From: Chiloscyllium plagiosum
Taxonomy: Eukaryota
Assembly: GCF_004010195.1 (NCBI RefSeq)
Contig: NC_057752.1
Coordinates: 13,408,272-13,459,281 of the forward strand
Direction: 5' to 3'
Length of the DNA: 51,010 bases
Shown: one piece after another, positions 36,871 to 49,689 of the stretch
Position numbering within the stretch: position 1 is the first letter of the stretch
How the letters are laid out: each line of letters starts with the position of its first letter
The notes under the pieces: model-generated
Seen by the model: the letters and a program-made list of their open reading frames with translations, nothing else
Databases searched by the model: none
What the model was told of the DNA's origin: nothing
Program-made: the position numbers and the translations under genes

Positions 36871-37544
36871 CCTCAAAAGAATACATCACAGCAGAAAGCC
36901 ATTGTCTACTACTTTAGCGAGCTATTTTTATTGCTCAGTTAATCCCATTCCCTGCCCCATCCGTAAAATTCTTTTCCCAAGTATTTAACCAGTTCCCTTT
37001 TAAGAGTTGTAACTGAATTTGCTTCCACTGTCTTTTTGAGAAGAGCATTTAGTCATTAGAACAATTCATGACGCAATTTGCTTTCCCATCACATCTGCTC
37101 AAGTTCTGCATCAATCACATTAAGCTGTGCCCTTTGGTTACCACAGAAATCTTCAACTGCATTTTCAAAACCTCACAATTTTGTATACCTCTGTCCCCGA
37201 GGACAATTAACCCAGCTCATACAGTTACGGTCTTCCAACACACAAACAGACCCTTCGGCCCAACTCGTCTGTGCTGGCCAGGTTTCCCAACCTAAATTAG
37301 TCCCACTTGCCGGTCTCTGACCCAAATCCCTATGAACCTTTCCTATTCATGAACCTGCCTAAATGTCTGTCAAAGGGTGTAACTGTACCTGCTTCCACCT
37401 ATTCCTCTGGCAGCTCGTTCCAGGTTTGAGGGCTGGACGGTTCTCTCCTCTTCCTATTTCTCATGTTATTTTCTTAATTATTCATTTATCTGTGTGGGTG
37501 AGTGGAGTTTAATATATTTCCAATTACAAAGCCAGAGATGTCGG

Positions 37545-38332
37545 CAACATAGATAAAGGCCGTTGACCCATCAAGTCCATGCTAGTCAAAAACAACCCCC
37601 TGACTATTCAAATCCCATTCCCCAGGACTGGGCCCCATAGCCTTGTCTGCACAGAGTTTACATCTAAATCCTTCTTCAATGCGCTGAGGGTTTCTGCCTC
37701 TCTCACCACTACAAGCAGGGAGTTACAGATTCCCACCACCCTCTGGGGGGGGAAGAGAGGTTTGTCCACACATCCCCTCGGACCCTCCTGCCCCTTGTCT
37801 TCATTCTATGCCCCTGGTCAATGATCCTGCCGTCAAGGGGAAAGTTTCCTTCCTGTCCACCCTGTCTATATCCCTCATTATTGGATACATCTCAGTAATG
37901 TTTCCTCCTCAATCTCCTCTGCTCCAAGGAAAACACCCCAGTCTGTCCAATCTCTCTCCATCACAGAAACACTACAGACCAGGCAACATCCTGGTAAATC
38001 TCCATTGCCCCAGACCAGGCAACACCCCGGTAAATCCCCTCTGCTCCAGACCAGGCACCATCCTGGTAAATCCCCTCTACCCCAGACCAGGCAACACCCC
38101 AGTAAATCCCCATTGCCCCAGACCGGGCAACACCCCGGTAAATCCCCTCTACCCCAGACCAGGCAACACCCCGGTAAATCCCCCCTGCTCCAGACCAGGC
38201 AACATCCCGGTAAATCCCCTCTGCTCCAGACCAGGCACCATCCTGCTAAATCTCCCCTGCTCCAGACTAGGCACCATCCTGGTAAATCTCCCCTGCTCCA
38301 GACTAGGCACCATCCTGGTAAATCTCCCCTGC
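37545..38332 (-). mobile_element. CR1 LINE 3' fragment ending in a 36-bp tandem array (37975-38332, about 10 copies)
   Basis: Unit CCAGACCAGGCAACAYCCYGGTAAATCCCCTCTGCT, corresponding to the CR1 RFTRMLPG segment. Confidence 0.8.
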
Positions 38333-39935
38333 AGTTGTTATGAAACTAATTTGTGTCCTTACCTTTGTTAATGCGGCGTGCATACCATAGATGGTGTGAG
38401 AAATAGTCCAAGTTGCTGAGACTCTGATAATGCTCAGCTGTACTGAGGGAGATAGAATAAAGAGTTTCATCGTGGGTGTTAGTAGGTGTTGCTTATGCTT
38501 GGTGTGATGGGGGAGGGGGGGGATTATTGAGGGGTAGTGTTCTGGAATGGAGGGGAACGGGGGAACCAGGGAGTGGCAGAATTGGGCAGACTGGTGTGAA
38601 ATTTGACTGGCTGCTGAATTCCTGGGTTGTGTTAGCTCCCGAGGCGAGAGACGGTGGCACACTGGTAATCTGACTTAAACTGAAGGCAGCCCCATTACCC
38701 CAAGGGCGCAGCTTAATCCTTCAGCTGCTGGTGGGATTTACATTCATTTAATAAATCCAGAATCTCAAGCCGGTGTTTTTGTAACGACCAAATGATTGCT
38801 TACAAGTACAGATAATCCCCGGTCGCTGAGGGGTCCAGAGGAGATTGAAGACAAGTGGAGTCCATTTGCAAGTCAATTTGTACGCAACTCAGAACACAAC
38901 ATAGTACAGCGCAAAGGAGCTGAATGCAATTATGGGAAACATTTCACGTTGCGGTCTTCAAAATTAAAGCTCTGTGTGGGATCAGGTTCATAGGTATGAG
39001 CAGTCATAAGTTGGAGAGCCCCGATAACACTGATTGTTCACTTGTCTCATTCATGTCTTTCAGGAAGTAAATTTGTCACTCTGACCTGGTCCAGCCTACA
39101 CTTGACTCCAGACCCATGGGGTTGACTCGTAACCACCCTCAAAAACAGGCGAGCCACTCGTTTCAAGGGCAATCATGGACTGGCAATAAATGCCAGCGAT
39201 GCCCACATCCCCTGAAAGGCTTTGTAATGACAAAAGCCAACTGTGACAATGCAAGGTTTTCTTAGCGTGCAGCTTTCCATTGGATTCGATGGAACCGAGG
39301 GAAGGTTGCATTAAGTTGCTGTAGTTACAAAGCCTAACTGAAATAGGCACAGCAGCTGAACAAACAAACGTTCAGGCTGCGACTTTCTGACATCACGAGA
39401 TAAGCATACAGCTGCTTTGCTTAAACACTATCGTTGCCAACTGTTATGCAGATGTGGGTGTACTGTACCTTTAAGAGAGATAAAAGCTAGCAAAAACTAT
39501 CTGACAGAACCAAGTGTTCTGAAAAAACATAAGGTAACATTTGGTCGAACAACTTGATTAGCCGGTTGCCGGGAAATGACACAACTGTTTCGAATTAGGC
39601 CAATCAGTTTAAATTATACCCCAAAAAATACTAAACTCTAACCCAGTTTGGACAAGAGTATATTGACAATCTTAAAAGCCAATGAGACAATCCGATGCTT
39701 GGGGGCTACAAGACCGGGGAAAATTGAACACTTACGAGGAGAACTGCTAAGCCAACGACTTCTGCACACTGCCCAGAAAAATAGCTCTCTTAAAGGTACC
39801 TTTATCAATCAGGAACCGGTGAAGCAAAATTCCCAAGACGACCAGAATACAGAGAAGAACAAAAGCTGCCTAGTTTTGAGATAAACGTTTTGTAAATCGT
39901 AATCGAGAGTTTTATCTGGCTAGTATTGTAGAAGG

Positions 39936-40155
39936 AGAAAGTGAGGTCTGCAGATGCTGGAGATCAGAGCTGGAAATGTGTTGCTGGAAAAGCGCAGCAG
40001 GTCAGACAGCATCCAGGGAACAGGAGAATCGACGTTTCGGGCATAAGCCCTTCTTCAGGAATCTTCATTCCTGAAGAAGGGCTTATGCCCGAAACGTCGA
40101 TTCTCCTGTTCCCTGGATGCTGCCTGACCTGCTGCGCTTTTCCAGCAACACATTT
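39936..40155. mobile_element. Palindromic hammerhead-bearing PLE derivative with a 16-bp TSD
   Basis: CTAGTATTGTAGAAGG at 39920-39935 and 40156-40171. 90-bp arms at 39973-40062 and 40067-40156 with a 4-nt loop. Confidence 0.9.
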
Positions 40156-40253
40156 CTAGTATTGTAGAAGGCGAAGGTAAAAATTAGATTTATAGGAAGG
40201 AATTGTAAATCGTTGTTATTGCACACGGCACAATAGGTGGCTCAGTGGAATGG

Positions 40254-40570
40254 ATGGCATGGTGGCTCAGTGGGTAGCACTGCTGCCTCACATCACCAGG
40301 GTCCCAGGTTCGATTCCAGCCTCAGGCAACTGTCTGTGTGGAGTTTGTGCATTCTTCCCCATGTCTGTGTGGGTTTCCTCCTGGTGCTCCGGTTTCCTCC
40401 CACAGTCCAAAGATGTGCAGGTCAGGGTGAATTGGCCATGGGAAATTGTCCGTAGTGTTAGGTGCATTAGTCAGAGGGAAATGGGTCTGGGTGGGTTACT
40501 CTTCGGAGGGCCGGTGTGGGCTGGTTGGGCCGAAGGACCTGTCTCCACACTGTAGGGAATCTAATCTAAT
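40254..40570 (+). mobile_element. HE1-type V-SINE
   Basis: Head, core and (CTAAT)n tail. Confidence 0.88.
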
Positions 40571-40694
40571 AATTATTCTTGGTTATACTTTAAGAAATAA
40601 AAGTTGTTAATGTTACTTTAACTAGTTCTTGGCCTCTCGAATTTTCACAGATTACTGCACGGGAGAAATCTTTTCTGTGTTTCTTAAAGGAGGA

Positions 40695-40993
40695 GATTAG
40701 ATTAGATTAGATTACTTACAGTGTGGAAACAGGCCCTTCGGCCCAACGAGTCCACACCGACCCGCCGAAGCGTAACCCACCCAGACCCATTCTCCTACAT
40801 TTACCCCTTCACCTAACACTACGGGCAATTTAGCATGGCCAATTCACCTAACCCCTGCACATTTTTGGATTGTGGGAGGAAACCGGAGCACCCAGAGGAA
40901 ACCCACGCAGACACGGGGAGAATGTGCAAACTCCACACAGAGAGTCGCCTGAGGCGGGAATTGAACCCGGGTCTCTGGCGCTGTGAAGCAGCA
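40695..40993 (-). mobile_element. HE1-type V-SINE
   Basis: (ATTAG)n tail and core, with a 5'-truncated head. Confidence 0.88.
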
Positions 40994-41609
40994 TTTACCC
41001 AGTGTGGTAACACAATGAGCAAAAGGCCGCTGGAGAGGACTCAACCGCTCGCTAAGTCAATGAGCAAGTGCATGTTGATGTTGATCAATAATTAATATAT
41101 GGAAAGGTTGCACAGCGAGCATTTAGAATTTCTCCAGCTACTGTCATTCAATAAACAAATTTAATGCAAATAGTGATTAAATACAAATGCGGAGACAGTA
41201 CATTCTCCCCCTCTCTTGCTGTCACTTCATTTCCTCTCTCTATTTTTCGGCTGTATCTTAACTGGCAGTCAAAAAAAAAAAGAGGTTTGTTGAGATTCTT
41301 TCGGAGAGTTTCTCAGCATGAGGCCTAGCATGATGTCTCACCGGTATCTTACTCAAACCAGCCTCATTACTTGCCGTTCCCACCCCCGACGGTGTCTCTC
41401 ACCTCCAATTCCAGCCCCATTTACCATATGCTGTTCCCAGAAGGGCACGGCCCTCACCAGATATCCTAGGATTCACCAGTCTCGCTGCCATCTTTAACCA
41501 CCCACTGTGTACCCCGACAGGCTCTGTCAGTGCAAAGCTGCCCTGCACAGTTCCTGGGATTTGCAGGAGAGGGGGAAACTGGTGCCACTCCCCCCCCGCC
41601 CCACTCCCA

Positions 41610-42250
41610 CTGTGCAGGCAGGGACTTGGGGGGCCCTGCAGGATGGGGAAGTGAAGCGCAGGGGCTCCTTCAACCCCCAGGACCAGCCGTGGAAGAGGTG
41701 GGCCCCTTGGGTACAGTGTCAGCTGCTGGAGGAATGGCCAGCTCTGCAGGAAGGTCAGTGACCTTCCCCACTGCACCAACGCATGTGCCACCACTTCCTC
41801 CCTGATATCTCAGTGTCTCTCAGTTACTGTAAACACCACGGCTCACACTCTGACATTCTCACTATCGCCTGTAACACCTTCCCTCACACCCACCCTAATC
41901 CCTGACACCATTGGCCCTCCATGCCCTCTGTACTGTCCACTCACTCCCTCCCCGATAGCTGCTCCGACAGTAACAGCCATGCCTCACACTTCCATCTCCT
42001 TTTGTACCTGCACCCTCCCCCCCCACCCCCTTCACTCCAGGAGGAAAACAGCCCACAATGGGGCAGAAAGCGATAAGACGGGTACTGGCCTACCTCGACA
42101 TCCAGCTCCTCAGCCCTTACGTTGATCCTGGCTGCCCTGAGCGGGGCCTGGTCTGGTATCCGAGGCTGCCCTTGCCAGACTGAGCCGGGAAGGCCCCGAG
42201 TGAAGGCTGTCCCCTCCCTCCCTCCGACTGGGCTGGGTTCTGCTGATAAC
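41610..42250 (+). mobile_element. Decayed PIF/Harbinger-type Myb/SANT-like ORF
   Basis: Frameshifted remnants DLGALQDG..KRR, PAVEEV and RNGQLCRKVSDL, then an acceptor (ctccag, 42040) and AHN...KTG, in a GC-rich block. Confidence 0.45.
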
Positions 42251-42919
42251 GCCGACAGACTTCCTGGCTCGGTCTCAGAGTGAGACAGCCTGGACGTACA
42301 GGAGTACGCTGGGCCTAGGATCGCTGGCTGAAGGGGTAAAGTGCAGAAAGGCAAGGCAAACTGAGGCAGGGGCAGAGTGAAGATCTAGCTCAGCGCAGAG
42401 CGAGCAAGGGCGATGAGAGGGAGTGAGAAGGAGCCCAGATGTGCCCCTAAGCACACAGTGCCTTTGCTGCAATGTTACAGTCAGAGTTACCAGGACAACC
42501 AAAGGGGTAGCACTGAAGGGCAGAGTGTACTGCAAGTGGATCAGAGAATGAGGATTCTTTCATGCTGGCACAGGTCAGATGCCAACGTCCATGGATGCGG
42601 GATGGGTGGGGCTGGTCCCCATGGAGAAAAGCCCTGAGATGTTGGTACCCAGTGTCCAACAGGGAGGACACTCACAGCAGTTGGCGAGGGTGAATCAGCC
42701 AGGTACTTGCTCTGGTTTCCATGGCAAGAATTCCAGATGCTTGTTCAGTAAGACACGAAACCGCATTTTGCTTTAAACTTAACCTAATTTTTCTAATCAA
42801 CCTGCTTGGAGGTATTATTGCACAACCCTGGAGCAGGTGGGACTTGAACGGAGGCCTCCCAGACCAGGGACAGGGACACTACCATTGTGCTGCACGAGGG
42901 GCTCCATAGAGATTAGAAC

Positions 42920-43535
42920 TTGAGTCATAGAGGTCTACACCATTGAAACAGGCCCTTCGGCCCAATTTGCCTATGCCGCCCCATTTTCACAATTAAAACT
43001 AGTCCCATCTGGTCCAAATCCCTAACTATCTAACTGATGTACCTGTCTAAATGTTTCTTAAATGACAAAACTGTACTCACTTCTACCACTACCTCTGTCA
43101 ACCTGTTCCAGACACTCACCACCCTCTGTGTGAAGACATCGCCCCTCTGGACCCTCACCTTAAACCTCTGCTCTCTCGTTTTTGGACACCCCCACACTAG
43201 GGAAAAGCTGTCGGCTATCTACCTTATCTGTACCCCTCATGATTTTATAAGCCTCTAGAGGGTCACCCCCTCAGCCTCCTATGCTCCAGGGAAAACAGCC
43301 CCAGCCTATCCATCCTCTCCTCATAACTCCAAACTTCCAGTCTAAGTATCATCTGGGGAAATCTTTTCTGCACACCTTCCTAGTTTAACATAACCTTTCT
43401 GTAGCATGCTGTACTGTAAATGTGGTCTCACCAACGTCTTGTACAGCTGCAACATGATGTCCACAACTCTTATGCTCAATGCTCTAACCGATGAAAGCAA
43501 GCCTACCGAAAGCCTTCTTCACTGCCCTGTCTACC
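42920..43535 (-). mobile_element. CR1/HER1 LINE 3' fragment
   Basis: Same family as 23300-24270. Confidence 0.8.
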
Positions 43536-44119
43536 CGGAACTCCTACTTAAGCCAAGTGTTTTAGATTGTTTTTTTTTTTCCTTTAACCTGTTTTTCTAA
43601 TCAAGCTCTTCAGGAGGTGTCATTATACACCTCTGGAGAAAGTGGGACTTGAACACGGGTCTCTCAGCCCCCAGCATCTTCGATCTGAGTGAGGCGTGAG
43701 GGGCAGTTAGTTAATGAGGCCAATAAGAGATCAGAACAACTGGTTTTAGCTCAGATTAATCTGTACAGTCTTCAAAGCGGTGACAGGTTGTGTACATAAG
43801 CTTATGCTGAAGATATAAAGACTGCCTTACATGCTCATGTGCAATAAACTTGTATTAGAACATAGAACATAGAACATAGAAGAATACAGCGCAGTACAGG
43901 CCCTTTGGCCCTCGATGTTGCGCCGATCCAAGCCCACCTAACCTATACTAACCCACTATTCTTTTGTGAAAGAACATTAGCTGTCTTGTTTCATCTTGGT
44001 CAGTGACTAAACACCAGAGTGAGCAAATTGAAAAACTCAACGCATGATCTATCAAGCCAGATTTTACTCTGGGATCTGATTGGTCCACTGTAACCCCCTC
44101 AGTTGAGATTTTTTTTTTA

Positions 44120-44378
44120 AGATTCCCTACAGTGTGGAAACAGGCCCTTCGGCCCAACAAGTCCACACTGACCCGCCGAAGAGCAACCCACCTTGACTAC
44201 CGCACTTATCACTACAGGCAATCGAGTATGGCCAATTCACAGCTTTGGACTTGTGGGAGGAAACCCACGCAGACACGGGGAGAACGTGCAAACTCCACAC
44301 AGTCAATCGCCTGAGGCGGGAATTGAACCCGGGTCCCTGGCGCTGTGAGGCAGCAGTGCTAACCACTGAGCCACCATG
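44120..44378 (-). mobile_element. HE1-type V-SINE
   Basis: Head, core and tail recognisable. Confidence 0.88.
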
Positions 44379-44499
44379 ATTGTAATATTGTATGTCATTT
44401 GCTATCAGAAACAAATCAGCCAGGTTCTTTGGAGTAACAGATCAAACCAGAAGCAAACAGAACTTCCTCCTGAAAAAATGTAAAGATTGTTAACAAAAT

Positions 44500-44815
44500 G
44501 GGTGGCACGGTGGCACAGTGGTTAGCACTGCTGCCTCACAGCGCCAGAGACCCGGGTTCAATTCCCACCTCAGGCGACCGCCTGTGTGGAGTTTGCACGT
44601 TCTCCCCGTGTCTGCGTGGGTTTCCTCCGGGTACTCCGGTTTCCTCCCACAGTCCAAAGATGTGCAGGTCAGGTGAATTGGCCATGCTAAATTGCCCATA
44701 GTGTTAGGTGCAGGGGTAAATGTAGGGGAATGGGTGGGTTGCGCTTCGGCGGGTCGGTGTGGACTTGTTGGGCCGAAGGGCCTGTTTCCACACTGTAAGT
44801 AATCCAATCTAATCT
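44500..44815 (+). mobile_element. HE1-type V-SINE
   Basis: Near-consensus, full length. Confidence 0.92.
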
Positions 44816-45789
44816 AAAGGTTTAAACTGTCCAAATAAAATACACACAAAATCAGCCTCTGAAAAACCACCACACACCTAAAAATAACAGCTAACTTCAT
44901 TAAAGAAAAGCTATTATAGCCAATTTTGCTTTCCTGGATTCGTTACAGCTGGCTGAATTCACTTTGCTGGAGACAACGGTGTAGATATTGAATACAGCTG
45001 TTGAGGCATCTGGCTGTGGTGATGAAGCTTTCCAGTCACTTTTCAAATCATAAAACTTTGCCGAGAAGGGTTTCCAGCGAAACAGAAGAGACACAGAGAG
45101 AGAGGGGGGGCAAAGGCTATTGCTCCAGGCAATTGCTCTCTCTGTCCAATGCCAATTTTCTTTTAAATCCCTCACCAAACTAGTTCATGTGACTTCTCAC
45201 TGAAAATGTTGTAGATTAGAATCGAAGCGAGGCGGTGTGTTCGGTGACATGGTGATTATTGGCTTGGTTTTGCTTACCCAAGAATGAGATTCAATTTCAG
45301 ACAGAAATTTGCACTCATTGTGAAGAAAGATTTCCTGACTAATGTTTATCAAAACAAAAAGTATTCAAAGATATACTTCACAGTTACGGTGAACAACAGG
45401 CTGTTTAAATCCGTTGTAATCTGATTTAGTTGGCTTTTGTTTGTTCTGAAAGAGTATTCAAATATACATTATTTGCTTCTGTTTGATTTGGCCCAATTCA
45501 GTTGGCTATTTGTTTTTACCAAGAAGTGTACTCAAACGTACATAAAGAAGCATCAGTTGTTGGGGTTGGTTGGAATTAAACATTGACGAAAGTTTGGTCT
45601 CTTTCCCAAAACATTTTAACTTTGTGGACTAATCTGGATCATGGAGCGAAATCTCCTCCAGTTGGGATGGGCCTGACCTCGTTGCTGTGGAGCAATGTGG
45701 TTGACTTTTAACTGCCCTCTGGACAATTACAGATGGCAATACATGCTGGTCCAGCCAGTGACACCCTCATCCCAAGAACGGACAAATAA

Positions 45790-47540
45790 AACAAATGGTT
45801 TGGTGGAGCTGGGGCATGCGCAAAATCTTGGGAGGACTGCGTGGCCAAGAAACAGGTTTTTTTTGGAACACCACTTCCTCTCCATTGCAGGTAAAAACCT
45901 GGTCATCAGGTGAGAGGCACTCCCTCTACTATTGTACCTGGCGGAGGTTTGGCCCATTCCCCGAAACTGCGCCATTGCAATCTCACAAACCGTCTTCTAC
46001 CTCATTTGGAGGTCCGCAAGGACAAAACGCACAAGAATGTGGATGGAGTGGGGAGGATGAACATACCAAACACAACCCTCATCCTGATGGCCACCTTGGT
46101 GTGTGGCTGCATCAAGCTGTGTGTTGACCCTCGGTACACAAACACCAAGTCTCACTACGTACACCTGTCCCCGGTGTTGCGAAGGATGGGCCTGACCTCG
46201 ATGCCGTGAAGCGTTCCAAGTAATTGGACCATTCCGTATCGCCTGTCCCGCGTGGAGAAATTTAAAAAGAGAGACCCCTTTGACCACAAGCCCATCAGGA
46301 TGTGGTCAGCCCATAGTGTCCTCGAGACCCTGCGGGTAAAGGAGAGGGTGCATCCTGTCACATGGTTCCCTGAGCAGAATGTCAAAGTCATTTGGCAGAA
46401 CGCCTCATTTCCAGAATTTTCTAACAAGTACCAAGACATCACTCGGCTGGTGGTGAAAAGGACACTACCTGTGGAATCCTTTACTTACGGCCAGTTGGTC
46501 TGCCCCACCACACGCTGTCCCCAAAGTGGCTGTGGGGAGGGGGGGNNNNNNNNNNNNNNNNNNNNNNNNNNNNNNNNNNNNNNNNNNNNNNNNNNNNNNN
46601 NNNNNNNNNNNNNNNNNNNNNNNNNNNNNNNNNNNNNNNNNNNNNNNNNNNNNNNNNNNNNNNNNNNNNNNNNNNNNNNNNNNNNNNNNNNNNNNNNNNN
46701 NNNNNNNNNNNNNNNNNNNNNNNNNNNNNNNNNNNNNNNNNNNNNNNNNNNNNNNNNNNNNNNNNNNNNNNNNNNNNNNNNNNNNNNNNNNNNNNNNNNN
46801 NNNNNNNNNNNNNNNNNNNNNNNNNNNNNNNNNNNNNNNNNNNNNNNNNNNNNNNNNNNNNNNNNNNNNNNNNNNNNNNNNNNNNNNNNNNNNNNNNNNN
46901 NNNNNNNNNGTTGCCCCTTGGGTCTCTTTTATATCTTTCCCCTCTCACCCTAAACCTATGCCCTCTAGTTCTGGACTCCCCCACCCCAGGGAAAAGACCT
47001 TGTCTGTTTATCCTAACCGTGCCCCTCATGATTTTATAAATCTCTAGAAGGTCACCCCCTCAGCCTCCGACGCTCCAGCTCTGGTGACGCTGGACTCTGT
47101 GCTCTCCGGTCGGGGTTCCCCGGGACGCACACCGAGACAAGCATCGACTGCAATTGGAGGACCATCAACGCGGTGAAAGACTCGCTTTGGTCTGATTGAA
47201 ACCGTCGGCCGTCCAGAGCAAGGAGTTGACCCAGACAGAGTGTTGCAGACTGGTACGTTCCAAGGTCCCGGACCACGTGCTGGGGGACACACTGAAGCTA
47301 AAAGGTCTTTCTGCCGAAGTACAATGGGGGTCCGTTCAGTTATTGGACCCTCTTGATGTCTCAGATACATGTAAGTATATTGCACAAGTATTAATGCCTC
47401 GGGTTTGCCTCCTGGATAGAGTCCAACTCTAATGTTTGCTTGTTTCCTAATATGCTACTGTACAGAACTAAACTGCTTCAGGGGCTATGTGCGTATGCAA
47501 AGATATTTCACAAATAAAGTGTACCTTTGAAAAGAAAAGT
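45790..47540 (+). mobile_element. Tx1/L1-clade LINE ORF2 3' part, interrupted by a gap (46546-46909) and a CR1 fragment (46910-47080, -)
   Basis: KVIWQNAS...RTLPV...CP.SGCG (zinc-finger region). Resumes with FPGTHTE..WRTINAVKDSLW. Ends with AATAAA and an A-rich tail. Confidence 0.8.
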
Positions 47541-48627
47541 TGTTGGAAAGATTTAGGCTTGAAAAAGTTCAGGAATCTACAACAACACTTGCATTTGGAT
47601 AACACCTTCAGCACCCAGAGGTGTTTCACAGGAGTTTTATCTTGCAGAGCTTGAGGTGACATGAACAGCTATTAAAAGGGAGGGAGCCAGGTTTTAAAGG
47701 AGTATCTTAAACATTTCAAACCAAAAAGTGAGATAAAGGGAGGGAGATTTCAGAGTTTTCACCTGACAGTTGAAGACAACAGCAGAAGTTATTTTTTAAA
47801 AAAATCAGGAAGACCAAAGTTAGCAAAGTGGAGTGTAGTGGGCCTGAGAGAGATTACCAAAATAGGAAGCAAGCTTTGCTATTGCAGGAGCAGCACTCCA
47901 AGTCAATAACAGTAAAAGCCTCAATTAATTCAACTGTCTTTTGTACTTTTTCTTCGGTAAACAACTGTACTATGTACAGTAACAGGAAATTCTGGGGCTG
48001 TGTCATAGTACAGGGCAGGGTTAAGTTCAGCAAACACAGCCTTAAGTGGAAACTGAAAATACCCAGAGTCCGGAGAAGAAATAACACACAGGAGTTAACG
48101 CACAGGCTGAGCCACTGCATTCTAAGCAGGAAGTAAAAGCTGACACTTTGTTATTTGTTAGCTCTTCTGCCCAGTTTATATGCATTCGCCATAACAGTTC
48201 TTGATTAAGAAGCATTCTTCAGTCAGTCACAATGCAGACCAATGGTTACTTGGCATCCTTCTTGGCTAGTGTGCCAAACAGTCGGGAGCAGTTGGCTTGA
48301 CAGCTGCTTTACAATGCAGAGGCATGCTAACACGAGTTTGATTCTCACAGTACCAAGAAATTCCTGCTTTCCCTCACCACCAAGACACATGTCCCTCTTT
48401 CTCCAGTGAGGGAGAGTGGGCTAACGGTGACTTTACCTCGAAACCAGAAGGGACTGGTCTGCGTATAGTAACCTTTTTGGACTCTGGACTAGCGAAAAGA
48501 CAAGAATGGTTACTTTGATGAAGTGTTTTATTTTGAAGACTGGAGAAAGATTAGGCTGTCAGGTCTGAGAGAAGCTCACAGGATTCATCAAATCGTCTCC
48601 GAGCTGAGGAAACTCTAAGGAGTCAGT

Positions 48628-49680
48628 TAGAGAGTCATACAGTATGGAAACAGACCCTTCGGTCCAACTTGACCAGGTTTTCCCAGACTAAACAAGTCCC
48701 ATTTGCCAGCATTTGGCCCATATCCCTCTAACTCCTTCCTATTCATATACCCATCCAGGTGCCTTTTAAATGCTGTAATTGTACCAGCCCCCACCACGTC
48801 CTCTGGCAGCCTATTCCATACCCGTACCACCCTCTGTGTGAAAAGGTTGCCCCTTGGGCCCCTTTTAAATCTTTCTCTCCCCACCTTAAACCTACACCCT
48901 CTGGTTTTGAGCCCCGCAACTCCACGGAAAAGATCTTTGCTATTCACCTTAACGATACCCGTCATGATTTTATCAACCTCTATAATGTCACCCCTCAACT
49001 TCCTACCGTCCAGTGAAAAAAGCCCCTCGCCTTATTAACTTAAGCCCTCCAATCCCAGCAACATCCTGGTAAATATTTTCTGAACCTTCTCCAGCTTAAT
49101 AAGAGCCTTCCTGTAGCAGGGTGACCAGAAGTGTAGATAATGGCCTCACCAATGTCCTGTATAGCCTCAACATGACAACCCAACTCAGAGACTCAAAAGG
49201 TCAGAATAATGAAGGAAAGCATGCTAAACACCTTCTTAATCACCCTGTCTACCTGTGATGCAACTTTCAATGAGTTATTTACCTGAATACCCAAGTGTCT
49301 TTGTTCGTGGTCGTGCCCATGTTTATCTTCCCAGGATGCAACACCTCACATACCTGAAACTCCATCTGCCACTCCTCAGCCCATTTGATCAAGGTCTCTT
49401 TGTTATTTTAGATAACCTTCTAAAATTAGACCACCAAATTCAGTGCCATCCGCAAACTTACTAATTATTCCTCCTAAATTCTCACCCAAATCATTTGTAT
49501 AAAAAGGACAAAAAGCAGTGGACCCAGCACCGATCCCTGTGGAACACCGTTAGTCACAGGCCTCCAGTGCGAGAAACAACCCCCGACCACCACCACCCTC
49601 TGTCTCTTACTGTCAAGCCAATTTGGTATCCAATTGGCAAACTCACCCTGAATCCCATGTAACCTAATTTTACTAGTTTT
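48628..49680 (-). mobile_element. CR1/HER1 LINE fragment
   Basis: [13 protein letters not shown]...QRVVRVWNRLP and the 3' tail. Confidence 0.9.
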
Positions 49681-49689
49681 ATTAAACTG

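Larger units (their letters stand above)
39442..41012 (+). mobile_element. Probable solo LTR (TGTTA...TAACA) with three nested insertions
   Basis: 5-bp terminal inverted repeat with TG...CA ends. Flanks CAAC/CAAT (4-bp TSD, 1 mismatch). AATAAA near 40596. Confidence 0.55.

Noticed and set aside
37808..38371. 187-aa RPGN-repeat protein
   Set aside because: Antisense translation of a CR1-derived 36-bp tandem repeat.
44900..45178. 92-aa minus-strand ORF in unique sequence
   Set aside because: No recognisable domain and no convincing splice acceptor.
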